DNA from: Octopus sinensis | Taxonomy: Eukaryota | Direction of reading: 5' to 3' | Length of the DNA stretch: 64,000 bases | NCBI RefSeq assembly: GCF_006345805.1 | Contig: NC_043023.1 | Coordinates: 5,084,001 to 5,148,000, forward strand | Part shown: positions 11,901 to 23,832 of the stretch, in pieces | Layout: the number at the start of each line of letters is the position of its first letter | How positions within the stretch are numbered: position 1 is the stretch's first letter | Notes under the pieces: generated by a model | Databases searched by the model: none | What the model saw: the letters and a program-made list of their open reading frames with translations, nothing else | Told to the model about the DNA's origin: nothing | Translations under genes and position numbers: made by a program

Positions 11901-14900
11901 TACTGTTCATGGTTTTGGTTGTGGTGGTGGTGGTAGTGGTAATGCTGTGCTGTTCATGGTTTTGGTTGTGGTGGTGGTGGTAGTGGTAATGCTATACTGT
12001 TCATGGTTTTGGTTGTGGTGGTGGTGGTAGTGGTAATGCTGTACTGTTCATGGTTTTGGTTGTGGTGGTGGTGGTAGTGGTAATGCTGTACTGTTCATGG
12101 TTTTGGTTGTGGTGGTGGTGGTAGTGGTAATGCTCTACTGTTCATGGTTTTGGTTGTGGTGGTGGTGGTAGTGGTAATGCTGTGCTGTTGATGGTTTTGG
12201 TTGTGGTGGTGGTGGTAGTGGTAATGCTCTGCTGTTGATGGTTTTGGTTGTGGTGGTGGTGGTAGTGGTAATGCTGTGCTGTTCATGGTTTTGGTTGTGG
12301 TGGTGGTGGTGGTGATGGAAGTGATATTGGTGTTGTTGATGGTAGTGGTGGTGGTGGTAGTGGTAATGCTGTGCTGTTCATGGTTTTGGTTGTGGTGGTG
12401 GTGGTAGTGGTAATGCTGTGCTGTTCATGGTTTTGGTTGTGGTGGTGGTGGTAGTGGTAATGCTGTGCTGTTTATGGTTTTGGTTGTGGTGGTGGTGGTA
12501 GTGGTAATGCTGTGCTGTTGATGGTTTTGGTTGTGGTGGTGGTGGTGGTAGTGGTAATGCTGTACTGTTCATGGTTTTGGTTGTGGTGGTGGTGGTAGTG
12601 GTAATGCTGTGCTGTTCATGGTTTTGGTTGTGGTGGTGGTGGTGGTAGTGGTAATGCTGTGCTGTTGATGGTTTTGGTTGTGGTGGTGGTGTTGGTGGTA
12701 GTAATGCTGTGCTGTTCATGGTTTTGGTTGTGGTGGTGGTGGTAGTGGTAATGCTGTGCTGTTCATGGTTTTGGTTGTGGTGGTGGTGGTGGTAGTGGTA
12801 ATGCTGTACTGTTCATGGTTTTGGTTGTGGTGATGGTGGTAGTGGTAATGCTGTGCTGTTGATGGTTTTGGTTGTGGTGGTGGTGTTGGTGGTAGTAATG
12901 CTGTGCTGTTCATGGTTTTGGTTGTGGTGGTGGTGGTAGTGGTAATGCTGTGCTGTTCATGGTTTTGGTTGTGGTGGTGGTGGTAGTGGTAATGCTGTGC
13001 TGTTCATGGTTTTGGTTGTGGTGGTGGTGGTAGTGGTAATGCTGTGCTGTTCATGGTTTTGGTTGTGGTGGTGGTGTTGGTGGTAGTAATGCTGTGCTGT
13101 TCATGGTTTTGGTTGTGGTGGTGGTGGTAGTGGTAATGCTGTGCTGTTGATTGTTTTGGTTGTGGTGGTGGTGTTGGTGGTAGTAATGCTGTGCTGTTCA
13201 TGGTTTTGGTTGTGGTCGTGCTGGTAGTGGTAATGCTGTGCTGTTCATTGTTTTGGTTGTGGTGGTGGTGGTAGTGGTAATGCTGTGCTGTTCATGGTTT
13301 TGGTTGTGGTGGTGGTGGTGCTGGAAGTGATATTGGTGTTGTTGATGGTAGTAGTGGTGGTGGTATTAATGCTGTGCTGTTCAGGACATTCCTGATCCAA
13401 GAAACCTATGGTCAAAGGTGTTCCAGCTGTGACCATCACAACCTTTATTCGGGCATAGTGTATCTAGGACTACATTATCTAATGTATAGCTTAGTAGTTA
13501 ATATCAGTGGCTATAGTCGTAGTTGTTTAGCCCCAGGTCAGTCCTGTTCCAACAGCCTATAATCAAAAATGTTCCAGCTGTGACCATTCCCGTCTAATTC
13601 AAACATAGTGTACCTCGGACTACAATATCTAATGTACAGTATAGACGTAATAGTGGCTATAACTGTTGTTGCTTAACTCTAGGTCAGTCCTGACCAGGCA
13701 GACCTATCAACTGGTGAACTTTTAAATCAATTAACTAATTGATCGTTAGATTAATCATTCAGTTAATTATAAATCAGTCAGGATTTATCAAAGCCCTTTT
13801 GTCATCATATGTGAAGCCATCAATGACAAAACCTCTCTAACACTTCTTCCTCTCTCTCTCTCTTTTCAGCTATGGACTTCAGAACTGTACAGAGAGATGT
13901 CGCTGCCCTCCTCAAGGACTCCATACTTGTGGGACATTCTGTGAATCATGACTTAGACGTAAGTTCTGTGCTTGTAAGGTACAAATAAAGTTACTTATTT
14001 CTTTATTGCCCACAAGGGGCTAAACATAGAGGGGACAAACAAGGACAGACAAAGGGATTAAGTCGATTACATTGACCCCAGTGCATAACTGGTACTTAAT
14101 TTATTGACCCTGAAAGGATGAAAGGCAAAGTCGACCTCGGCGGAATTTGAACTCAGAACGTAACGGCAGACAAAATACTGCTAAGCATTTTGCTCGGCAT
14201 GCTAACGTTTCTTATTTCTTTATTGCTCACAAGGGGCTAAACATAGAGGGGACAAATAAGGACAGACAAAGGGAGTAAGTCGATTACATCGACCGCCGTG
14301 CGTAACTGGTACTTAATTTATCGACCCTGAAAGGATGAAAGGCAAAGTTGACCTCGGCGGAATTTGAACTCTGAACGTAACAGTGGACGAAATATCGCTA
14401 AGCATCTCGCCCGGCGTGCTAACGTTTCTGCCAGTTCTATTTCTGTCTTACAAATTACTTGATGACCTCACTTATGCTGGTGTCCTATAAAAAGCACCCA
14501 GTACATTCTGTAAAGTGGTTGGCTTTAGGAAAGACATCCAGCTGTAGAAACGATGCCAAAGCTGACTTTAGAGTACAACACGACACTGCAGCTCACCAGA
14601 TCCTATCAAACCATCCAAACCATGTCAGCATGGAAAAGAGATGTTAAATGGTGGTGGTGGTGATTGTCATCGCTGTCATTGTCATGATTCATGATGATGG
14701 TGGTGGTTGTCATTGTCAACCATTATTATTAATCATCAATCATAATAACAATAATGATCATCATTATCAATCACCATAAATCATCACTCCAAATGTAGTT
14801 TTCTTTGCTTCTATTATTCCAGGTTCTAGAGCTTAAACATCCAGAAGCGATGACACGAGACACAGCTTATTATCTACCCTTCATGAGGCAAAATAGGAAC

Positions 14901-17645
14901 CGTTCTCCATCTCTGAAAATATTGGCCCAAAGGGAACTTGGACTTAGAATCCAGCAAAATGACCATAATTCGGTAAGTCAATGCATACGAGAAAGCGATC
15001 CAAGAGATTCCAGTTAAGAGAGCAGAAAGATTCCCTTTTTTTATCAAACAAAGTATATCTAGGACTACATGATTTAATGTATTATAGTAAATGTATTGTA
15101 GTTTGTCCGTCGATGCGACGAAGACCATCTAGTCATCCTGGGGTGGTGTTGGGCTTGTTTTGTGAGTCCACAGATGGCTAGTGAGGCCAATCTGCGCCCG
15201 AAAGAGTCTTTGACAGTGTGGACAGGAAATGGTAGCGCCTGCTACAGGGTTGTTAGCTCTGTTCTTCCTGGCTTGTTTGCAGTCTTCTGCAGCAGCGATC
15301 CTATTGGTCTTGCATGTGTTGGCACCCTTGTGGACAGCTGATCACCACTCTTCTCTAGAAATGTTGTCAATGATGAAATCAACGCCAGACTCGCCAAGGC
15401 AAGCGCTGCCTTCGGCAGGCTACGCAAGACTATCTGGGACAGGAGGGGGATCGCCATCATGACAAAGATCAAAGTGTACCGGGCTGTTCTCACAATGCTG
15501 CTTTACGGCTGCGAGTCCTGGACAGTCTACCAGCGTCATGCCAGGAAGCTGAATCACTTTCATACAATACACTTCAGAAAACTTCTCGGCATAAAGTGGC
15601 AGGACAGGATCCCGGACACGGAGTAAATGTATTAGTGACTATTTGAAGGTGTGTAGCTTAATGGTTAGGGTATTCAACTCATGAGTGTAAGCTCATGTGA
15701 TTGATTCCTGGTAACGTGGTGTGTCCTTGAGCAAGACACTTTATTTCATGTTACTCAAGTCTACTCAGCTGGCAAAAATGAGTTGTACTTGTAAGTCAAA
15801 GGGCCAGCCTTGTCCCATTCAGTGTCATGCTGAATCTCCCTGAGAACTATGTTAACCCTTTCGTTACCAAACCGCCCAAAGCCGCCAAAAAAAAATTTTG
15901 GTTTATGAGACCAAACCGCCCAAAGCCGTCCGAATTTACCTATTCATATTTAAATGAGAATATCAGAGCAAATCTCTTCAGTACATTCGTGAAAACACGT
16001 ATTATACTTCGTAAACAGTTCAACTACAGTTTTGTACAATAATCGAAGTGTAATTTTAATTCTGTGAATTTTGGGAGATTTGTTTCCGAAATTTGTTCCT
16101 ATTGTGTTTTCAAAATTTGTAATTCTGACAAAAAATGGATACGAATTTCATTATATCAAGCAGCGAGTCAGAATTCGAAGGATTTTCTACTGAAGACCTT
16201 CATAAATCTAACTCTATGACTGAAAAAAAAAAAGCATGTGGTATTTGATAATGAATCTGATGTTTCATTTTCCGAAAGTGAAAACAGTGAATCTGAGATC
16301 TCCGATAGCGATAAAGAAAACGAATTGGCACCTGAATGGAGTGAAAATTTAAAAACTGTTTCTTTCGGTGATTTTTCTGAAGAAACTGGACCAAGCCACA
16401 GACTTTCCCAGGCTATTTCTATTTACTTTTTCGATTGAGCCTATTTGAACTCATTACGGCAGAAACGAACCGTTACGCTAAACGTAAACAAAGCGAAAGA
16501 AACGATAGTTTGTTATTTCCCACAACCTTAAATGAAATTAAGGCCTATTTTGCCATAAATATTATTATGGGTATCAGAAAGTTACCCAGAATAACAAATT
16601 CTATCGTAAAATTTTGTTGTATACCCAATTGAATATTAGCTAATAACCCATTTTCTATAATGATGTTTGAACAAAATTTTAATAATTTTATATATTGTTG
16701 AATTTACCTGTATCTACCTGCAATTAGAGTCACTTTGTGACAAAAATTATAGTATAGAATTGGTTGAGAATATTTCATTAAATTATCTTCCAAAAATCAG
16801 ATTAATATATCGATAAATAAAAAAGTTATAGTTGCTTAATGAAACCAGACTAAATTTATGATTACGTTAGAAATTAATTGAAACACATAAGGGGTGTAAT
16901 TTGGTCAGAAATATAGTAACAAAAGGGTTAAGGGTTAGGGTTAGGGTGTCTAGAAAACTCATCCACATGCATGTCAATTTCATGAGCAGGCTGTTCCGTT
17001 GATTGAATCAACTACAACACTCATTGCTCTGACCAACAAAGAACTAGTATATTCTTTTGTTCTTTTACTTGTTTCAGTAATTTGACTGCAGCCATGCTGG
17101 AGCACCACCTTTGGTCGAACAAATTGACCCCAGGACTTATTCTTTGTAAGCCTACTACTTATTCTATCGGTCTCTTTTGCTTGAACAGCTAAGTGACGGA
17201 GACATAAACACACCAACATCAGTTGTTGAGTGATGGTGGTGGGGGGCCAAACACACACACACATACATGATGGGCTTCTTTCAGTTTCCATCTAGCAGAT
17301 CCCCTTGCAAGGCTTTGGTTGTTCTGCGGCTATAGTAGAAGACACTTGCCCAACGTGCCATGAGAAACAAGTAAAAGAGTATTTGATAGGCTTCTTTCAG
17401 TTTCTGTCTACCAAATCCACTCACAAGGCTTTGGTTGGTGCTTGAGGCCATAGTAGAAGACTGTTGCTCAAGACACCACACAGTGAGACTGAACCTGGAG
17501 GCAGGTGGTGGGGAAGCAAGCTTCTGACCACACAGCCACATCAGCAAATAATTTAACTCTTTTCTTTCATTGACAGGTGACTGATGCACAGGCTACGATG
17601 GCAATTTACAAGAAACACAGGAGAAACTGGGAGCGAAAATTGTGA
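5972..17645 (+). CDS. REXO4: REX4-family DEDDh 3'-5' exonuclease (REXO4/ISG20-like), 170 aa; join(5972..5982,7367..7560,13870..13958,14823..14972,17577..17645)
   Basis: All introns are GT-AG with matching phases 2,1,0,0, totalling 513 nt. ExoI ALDCEMVG, ExoII GHSVNHD and ExoIII HNSVTDA are all present. The sequence aligns from memory with the human REXO4 catalytic domain ([10 protein letters not shown]...YVKP...YRT.VSGI.P...ILVGH...DL.VL...HP...RDT...PSL..L....LG..Q...H.S..DAQA.M..Y). The paralog assignment is uncertain. Confidence 0.88.
7367..7560 (+). CDS. REXO4: Exonuclease gene exon ([13 protein letters not shown]...[10 protein letters not shown])
   Basis: ttgcag| acceptor, G|GTCAGT donor, ExoI motif. 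Confidence 0.92.
7591..13383 (+). repeat. 5.8-kb intronic GT-rich minisatellite, core unit ~47 bp (ATGCTGTGCTGTTCATGGTTTTGGTTG(TGG)nTAGTGGTA)
   Basis: Over 100 tandem units with variable (TGG)n and periodic GATGGAAGTGATATTGGTGTTGTT inserts. Confidence 0.97.
13870..13958 (+). CDS. REXO4: Exonuclease gene exon ([29 protein letters not shown])
   Basis: Polypyrimidine-ttttcag| acceptor, C|GTAAGT donor, ExoII motif. Confidence 0.92.
13993..14440 (-). mobile_element. tRNA-headed SINE family B, head-to-tail dimer
   Basis: Two copies of AGAAACGTTAGC...GAGTTCAAATTCC...GGGGTCGAT...GTGGGCAATAAAGAAATAAG. The same family occurs at 40620-41035, 47900-48135 and 59146-59379. Confidence 0.85.
14823..14972 (+). 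CDS. REXO4: Exonuclease gene exon ([14 protein letters not shown]...[12 protein letters not shown])
   Basis: ttccag| acceptor, G|GTAAGT donor, 150 nt, phase 0-0. Confidence 0.92.
15098..15621 (-). mobile_element. RTE/BovB-like LINE insertion with inverted 5' segment, 12-bp TSD
   Basis: The + strand 15350-15621 encodes [23 protein letters not shown]...YGCESWT...WQDRIPDTE. The - strand 15346-15098 encodes the C-terminus (VHKGA...CPHC) and 3' UTR. AGTAAATGTATT lies at 15086-15097 and 15622-15633. Confidence 0.85.
15856..16927 (+). mobile_element. Internally deleted piggyBac-like element inserted in a SINE
   Basis: TTAA at 15852-15855 and 16928-16931; TIR CCCTTTCGTTAC / GTAACAAAAGGG. The relic [13 protein letters not shown]...[18 protein letters not shown] matches the PGBD N-terminal region. 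Confidence 0.88.
17577..17645 (+). CDS. REXO4: Exonuclease gene last coding exon ([22 protein letters not shown])
   Basis: ttgacag| acceptor; completes ExoIII; AATAAA at 17672-17677. Confidence 0.9.
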   Translation: MTDAQATMAIYKKHRRNWERKL

Positions 17646-18182
17646 GAAGGAGGAAGAAGAGAATTACAGTGAATAAAACAATGGAGAAAGGACGAAGCCA
17701 AATAGCAGCAATAATGATGATGATGATGATGATGATGATAAAACAACGACAACAATAATAATAATATTATAATAATGATGATAAAACTATTTTTAATAAT
17801 GACAAGAACAAAAACCCTAATAATTATCTTTTGTCTTTAATTTTTTTAGTTGAACAAATCAACCCCAGGACTTATTCTTTTTTTTTGACCTTAGTACTTA
17901 TTCTATTGGTCTCTTTTGGGGACATAAACACACCAACACTGGTTGTCAAGCAGGCACAAAGACATATAGATATACACATACATGCATATATATAAATATA
18001 TATATACCACTATTTGTGTATATGTATATATATGTGTGTATATATATGTATATGTGTATATATGTTATATATATGTATATATGTGATATATATATATATA
18101 ATATATATTATATATATATATATATATATTATATGTGTGATATATATGTATATGTGTATATGTCTATATATATATATATGTC

Positions 18183-18236
<54 letters not shown>

Positions 18237-18250
18237 ATATATATATTATA

Positions 18251-18300
<50 letters not shown>

Positions 18301-18528
18301 TATGTATATGGTCTGCTCGCTTAGCCTGCGGGGTGGGGTTATTTGAAGTCTAAAACAATGCAAAGTGCATTGTGACCAGCGATGTGTAGCAACATCTGAT
18401 AGCCTGGTCGGTCATGTAATCACGTGATATATGTATATATATGTATATATGATATAAATGTATATGTAATAATATATGTATATATGTATATATATATGTA
18501 TATATATATATATATGTACATGCATATA

Positions 18529-18559
<31 letters not shown>

Positions 18560-18572
<13 letters not shown>

Positions 18573-20610
18573 ATAGATGAGTGTATTTTACCTTGTTAAC
18601 AATTAACACGGATAAATGAATGAATAGTTACCAGGGCAGCAAAATCTCACAAGTAAAGATGTTGTAACTCCTTGTTTATAAAGGTTGAAACTTCGTGTTT
18701 ACGTTGAATATTTGAATAATAGGAATAAAAATGGAGTCAACGCAGGTTTAAACAAGTTTTTTTCTTTCTACATATGTTTCAAAAATTCCACTGATACTTA
18801 TTCAAAAGAATAAAAGGTATAAACAATGCAATCTTCTCTTCGGGAAAGTGAAAAAACGAAACTTGTCAATACGACATTTTAGCAAAAAATGATGGATTCG
18901 TATAGCGATAGACAGAACGCTATTAATATTGTTTAAAAAAACGTTATATGATATAACGTCATAAGTAGCTAACAGAAAGAGTAGGGATATTAATAGTGAA
19001 TGTTAAATATAAAGGAAATTAAAGTCTAAACTATATATAATGATAGAGACTACTTATATGCACTAAAAGTATGCTTTTGCCAATGCTTACATCTGTATGC
19101 TCATTCTATAACCGTGTTTACTAGAGTATTTTTAGAAAAAATAATGAAAAATAGCTCAGAATTGCAGAGAAGACAGAATTTCTTGCCTTTGTCATATGGT
19201 ATCGAAATTGAGAGGATCAACCATTCCAAATGAAATTGTTCATTGTGGTCTTTTAAATTCCAAATCAGTTTGCTGAGACCGGTACTATTCCGTTTATTTC
19301 TATCTCTAAATGTTGAGTAATGGATAGAAATTCTCTTAGATAACTCTAACGATGTGCTTCCAATGTAAAATCGTACTTTATTACGAGTACTGATTATACA
19401 CTGGTATATAGAATTTTTAATCTTAGAGTTACTTGACATAAATTAATTCTATTGGGATTGACTTCAGATACAATAACCTTGTTATTAATATTTCTAGAGG
19501 GTTGGATGGTAGTAGCTAATTAATGTTAGTATTAGTAAATGTATTAATATTTAACAGTTTGTTATTATGAGAAGATATAATTTGCAAGAGATTTTTTGTG
19601 TTTGAAAAACCTATCCTAACCTTATGTGAATTAATTATAGAGTAATATCTAGAATTATTTGGAAAATTCCTAGCAATAGCTTGACGAAACAGCAGTGGGA
19701 GATTAGATTTAATTTGTCCCGTAAGGAATTATTAACCAAATATTTTTACTAGTATTCATAGCGTAATTACTTTTGAAGGTGTTATATTTACTTTTAGATC
19801 GGTAATAGGGGAATAAATAAGGGTTATCTGCCTTCATTCGCTTTGTATCGGTGCGTAAGTTATGTTTGTTATCAATAATTCTTTTACGACTAGAAATCTT
19901 ATCTACATTATTGAATTTACAATTAGACTGAGCAGAATCAATGTAGAAAATTTTTTCTGTATAACCTGCTTTGATTAAGGCAGAGTTATAGAATTCAGCG
20001 TTATTATTGAAAATATCAACATTAGCAGATAATTTAGATAATCTAAATGAAATATTCTTAACTAAATTCTTAGTAATTGCTCCAGGATGATTACTAAATT
20101 TGCTAATGTACTTAAGATTGGTCAACGGTTTATGATATGGGAAGTAAGAGTCACTGTGTAAATTAAGGGTAATATCTAAAAAGTTGGCCTTCGTCAGATC
20201 GTCATCAAAAACGATTTTTAAGCCCATTCTACTGAAAAAATTAACTAAACTGTTCTTAACTTTTTGTACCTTTTGGTTAGAAACATTTTGGAGGTAAAGT
20301 AAACAATCATCACGATATAGACCTCCATAAATGTTAGGGAACTCTTCAGCCATTTCAAAAAGAATGTATATACAGACCAAATCAGCTATCTGTGCTGAAT
20401 CAGAACTTCCCATAGGTATATCGAAACTATCTGGTGTGTCTTTACGGACCCACAACTTATCATCAAATTTAATAATAGATCTTCTGGCTGCCAACACAAC
20501 ATTAATTTCTTCTCGGGTGAGACCAGCTTTGTTATGAGCAAGCCAAAGTGCCTTATTAAGTACTATAGGATTAATAGACGAATAAAAATTGGAAATATCA
20601 AACTGGATAT
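18560..20610 (-). mobile_element. 5'-truncated Penelope-like element: RT + GIY-YIG endonuclease + 3' terminal region with ribozyme
   Basis: About 300 open codons QFDISNFY...MGSSDSAQIADLV...GGLYRDD...NFLDITL...SNHP. A frameshift near 19712 precedes the linker; GIY-YIG ORF 19101-19439 reads IYQC...FYIG...R...H...CLLC..E. Confidence 0.93.
18764..18848 (-). ncRNA. Type I hammerhead ribozyme with variant core CCGAAGA
   Basis: Stem I CTTTC/GAAAG; stem II GAAGATT/AATTTTT; GAAA; palindromic stem III ACATATGT; UA cleavage site. Confidence 0.72.
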
Positions 20611-20711
20611 ATATGTGTGTACATATATGTGCATGTGTGTATATATATGTGCATGTATGTATATGTATACATATCGATATGTATATGTATATACATGTAC
20701 ATGTATATGTA

Positions 20712-21695
20712 CAGGGTACAGTGTATATATTGTCATCTAAATTATGCAAAACTGAAAATAACACTGACATAAAATTATCTTGAAATACTAAAGAGTAAAT
20801 TTATTCAATAAAATCACCATTGGCTTCAAGCACGGCCTCCAGATGACTTTGGAATCTTCTGCAGCTCTTCTGGATGGTCTCCTTGTTTAAGTTGGTCAAT
20901 ACTGTCATAATCTTTGCTTTGAGTTCGTCTTTCGTGTTACAAAGAGTTTTGTTCGTCTCTTACTCAACTGCGCCCCACACATAATAATCAAGGGGAGTTA
21001 GGTGGCCAGATGTGAGGGGGTGATGTGGTCACAGAAATTGTCTGACAGCCATGACTGGGTTCTTCTGCTTGTGTGGCATGGTGCAGAGTCCTGTTGCCAG
21101 ACATAGGGGTCTTCTAGCAGCCACCTTTTTGACTCAGGGCAGCACTACCTCCTCCAGGCACTTGATGTAGGCCTCCGTGTTGATTCCAAGGCTGTGTGGC
21201 AAGATGACTGCAAGCACAACATTGCCATCACTGGTGATCACTCCAAATAATGATGTTGACAGGATGTTTGATTTTATCACTCTTGGTACATGTTTTGGGG
21301 ACATGGCAAGCCAATGGTTGTTCTGTGTATTCACCATCTGGTCCTGGCAGAAATTTTCTTCATCTGAGAAAAACCAAAGCATGTTTGGTTGGAGTGGATG
21401 CTTGAGTTTGTTCAAAAGCTTTGCAGCACAGTCTTTCCTCTTGTCCTTGATGGCTTGGGATAAAAAATTTGCCCTTTCTCATCTATGAGGAATACCGAAT
21501 GTCTTGATGCACTACCTGCTTGATAAGAAACTCAGACACTCCCATGTCCCTGAGTGAATTGCATCATGGTGCTGTTTTTCTCACAAACGGTGCCCAACTG
21601 ACCCTACTATACTGTGTTGACAAAATCAAAAACAAGCAATGCGCATGCACAAAATTAAAAATATAAAACGGCAACAATTTACACATCACACCCTG
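20712..21695 (-). mobile_element. Degenerate Tc1/mariner-superfamily (maT-like) transposon
   Basis: TA-flanked CAGGGT.../...ACCCTG ends; relic WFFSDEENFCQDQMVNTQN. Confidence 0.75.
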
Positions 21696-21784
21696 TATAT
21701 ACATGTGTATACACACCACACACACATGTACATGTGTATAAAAGTACTCATATATTTATGTATATATATATATACACATACATA

Positions 21785-22185
21785 TAGGCGCAGGAGTGGC
21801 TGTGTGGTAAGTAGCTTGCTAACCAACCACATGGTTCCGGGTTCAGTCCCACTGCGCGGCATCTTGGGCAAGTGTCTTCTGCTATAGCCCCGGGCCGACC
21901 AATGCCTTGTGAGTGGATTTGGTAGACGGAAACTGAAAGAAGCCTGTCGTATATATGTATATATATATATATGTGTGTGTTTGTGTGTCTCTGTCCCCCT
22001 AGCATTGCTTGACAGCCGATGCTGGTGTGTTTACGTCCCCGTCACTTAGCGGTTCGGCAAAAGAGACTGATAGAATAAGTACTGGGCTTACAAAGAATAA
22101 GTCCCGGGGTCGATTTGCTCGACTAAAGGCGATGCTCCAGCATGGCCGCAGTCAAATGACTGAAACAAGTAAAAAGAGTAAAGAG
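21785..22185 (+). mobile_element. SINE family A, low-divergence full-length copy
   Basis: Complete head, body and tail. Confidence 0.9.
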
Positions 22186-22199
22186 TATACACACGCACA

Positions 22200-22231
<32 letters not shown>

Positions 22232-22769
22232 CATACTAGCAATGCAGCCTGGTGTTGCCTGGGTGTTATGACTGAGCCACACTGTATTATTTGTTCCTTA
22301 TGGGCAGAATTGGTACAGGAACAGTATGAGGCAAACAACTCTTCTTTATAAATATGTTTTTTAGTCATTTTCTGATGAACAACACTGCAGTTTCCATCTA
22401 CCAAATTCAGTCATAAGTCTGTGGTTGACCTAGGGCTGTGTTAAAAAATAGTTTCAGAGGGACTGAACTTGGAACGATGTGGTTGGGAAGCAAACTTCTC
22501 AACCACTTAATGTGTGTGTGTGTGTTTACATTTGTTGTTAAATTGAGTATTGTCTCAAAGTTAGCAGTTCATCAAACAGAGATCCATAAAATAAATGCCA
22601 GATTGAAATATGTACTGAGGTCAGAATGATCAATTAAATTTTTGAAGGTGATACCCCATCATGGCAACAGTCGAAAGACTAAACACAGTAAAATAATAGT
22701 TACAATATTGCTTTCAAATTTTTGCACAAACTTTTGCCTTTTTAATAATGATGATGACAAAAATATTAA

Positions 22770-23710
22770 CATGAATTTGAATGATAATAAATTAAAATAA
22801 TAAGAAGAGCAAGAACACTAATAAGATCTGAGTGGAATAGAAGCCTGAAAAAGTTAGGCAAGACAAGATTTAAATCTTCTCTTGAGAAAAATACTTCATC
22901 AAAAAGAAAGGTTTTGGGTTAGTCATGGGAGAGTTGAAACAGGGTATCATAGAAACAGTAAGTTTTCCAGATATCAGAAAAGATCAGATCAGTATCAACA
23001 GAACAAATTATTTGAAACAGACCAGAGGAGATTTTATAGCCAAATGAAAAGTGTAGAAGGAAGTACTGAAGATGAGAAACCTAATGCAGAAGAAGCTAGA
23101 AAGTTCTATAGTTATATTTAGGATAAGCCAATCAGTCATAATCTAGATGAAGCGTGGTTAAAGAAAGTTAGGGAAGAAGTAGTCAATGAGAAGCAGCCAG
23201 ATCTAAGACTAACCAGTGCATTAATGAGTAAAATGTTAGGAAAAATGCCAAATTGGAAGGACCCAAGACCAGATTTAGTTCAAGGGTACTGGTTAAAGAA
23301 ATTTAGTAGCTTACATAGGAAACTGAGGGAACATCTTCAGGATTACTTGAATGGATGAGTAATACCAGACTGGATGACTAGAAGGGGAACAGTATTCCTT
23401 ATGAAAGACAAAAGCAAGGGTAATACAGCTATCAATCACTTGCTTATCATTAGTGTGGAAGCTGTTAACAGGAATACTCTCAGAAAGCATTTACGAGCAC
23501 CTTGACAGCCAGAATTTGCTGCCAAGGTCACAAGGAGACTAGAGGAACACATGGTCTAATACATAGACAAATCAATTCTAAATTAAGTAAAATCTAGAAA
23601 GAAAAATTTAACAATTCCAAGAATAGATTATAAGAAAGCTGATGACAAGATTCCACACTCTTGGATAAGAGAATGTTTGAGTATATTCAGTATTGCAGAC
23701 AACATAGAGT
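22770..23710 (+). mobile_element. Degenerate RLE-type (R4/Dong-like) non-LTR retrotransposon, RT-upstream region
   Basis: YQQNKLFETDQRRFYSQM...KPNAEEARKF...HNLDEAWLKKV...KMPNWK...PDLVQGYWLKKF. Confidence 0.7.
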
Positions 23711-23832
23711 TAATTAGCTTTAGCAGTTAAGGTCTAAGGAGAATAGTTTTTTAATTTTTATCTTTTGCATTTTAGTTTTTTCTGCCTTCTCAGTTTATTC
23801 ATGTTTCTTCTATTATTATGGATATGTGGTTT

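Noticed and set aside
7591-13383. CRISPR-like regular repeat
   Set aside because: There are no unique spacers (only (TGG)n variation), no cas genes, and the context is a eukaryotic intron.
8368-13439. Mucin-like Thr/Pro/His-rich ORFs on the - strand
   Set aside because: They are translations of the ~47-bp satellite. The unit length is not a multiple of 3, so frames shuffle and stop constantly; there are no splice signals.
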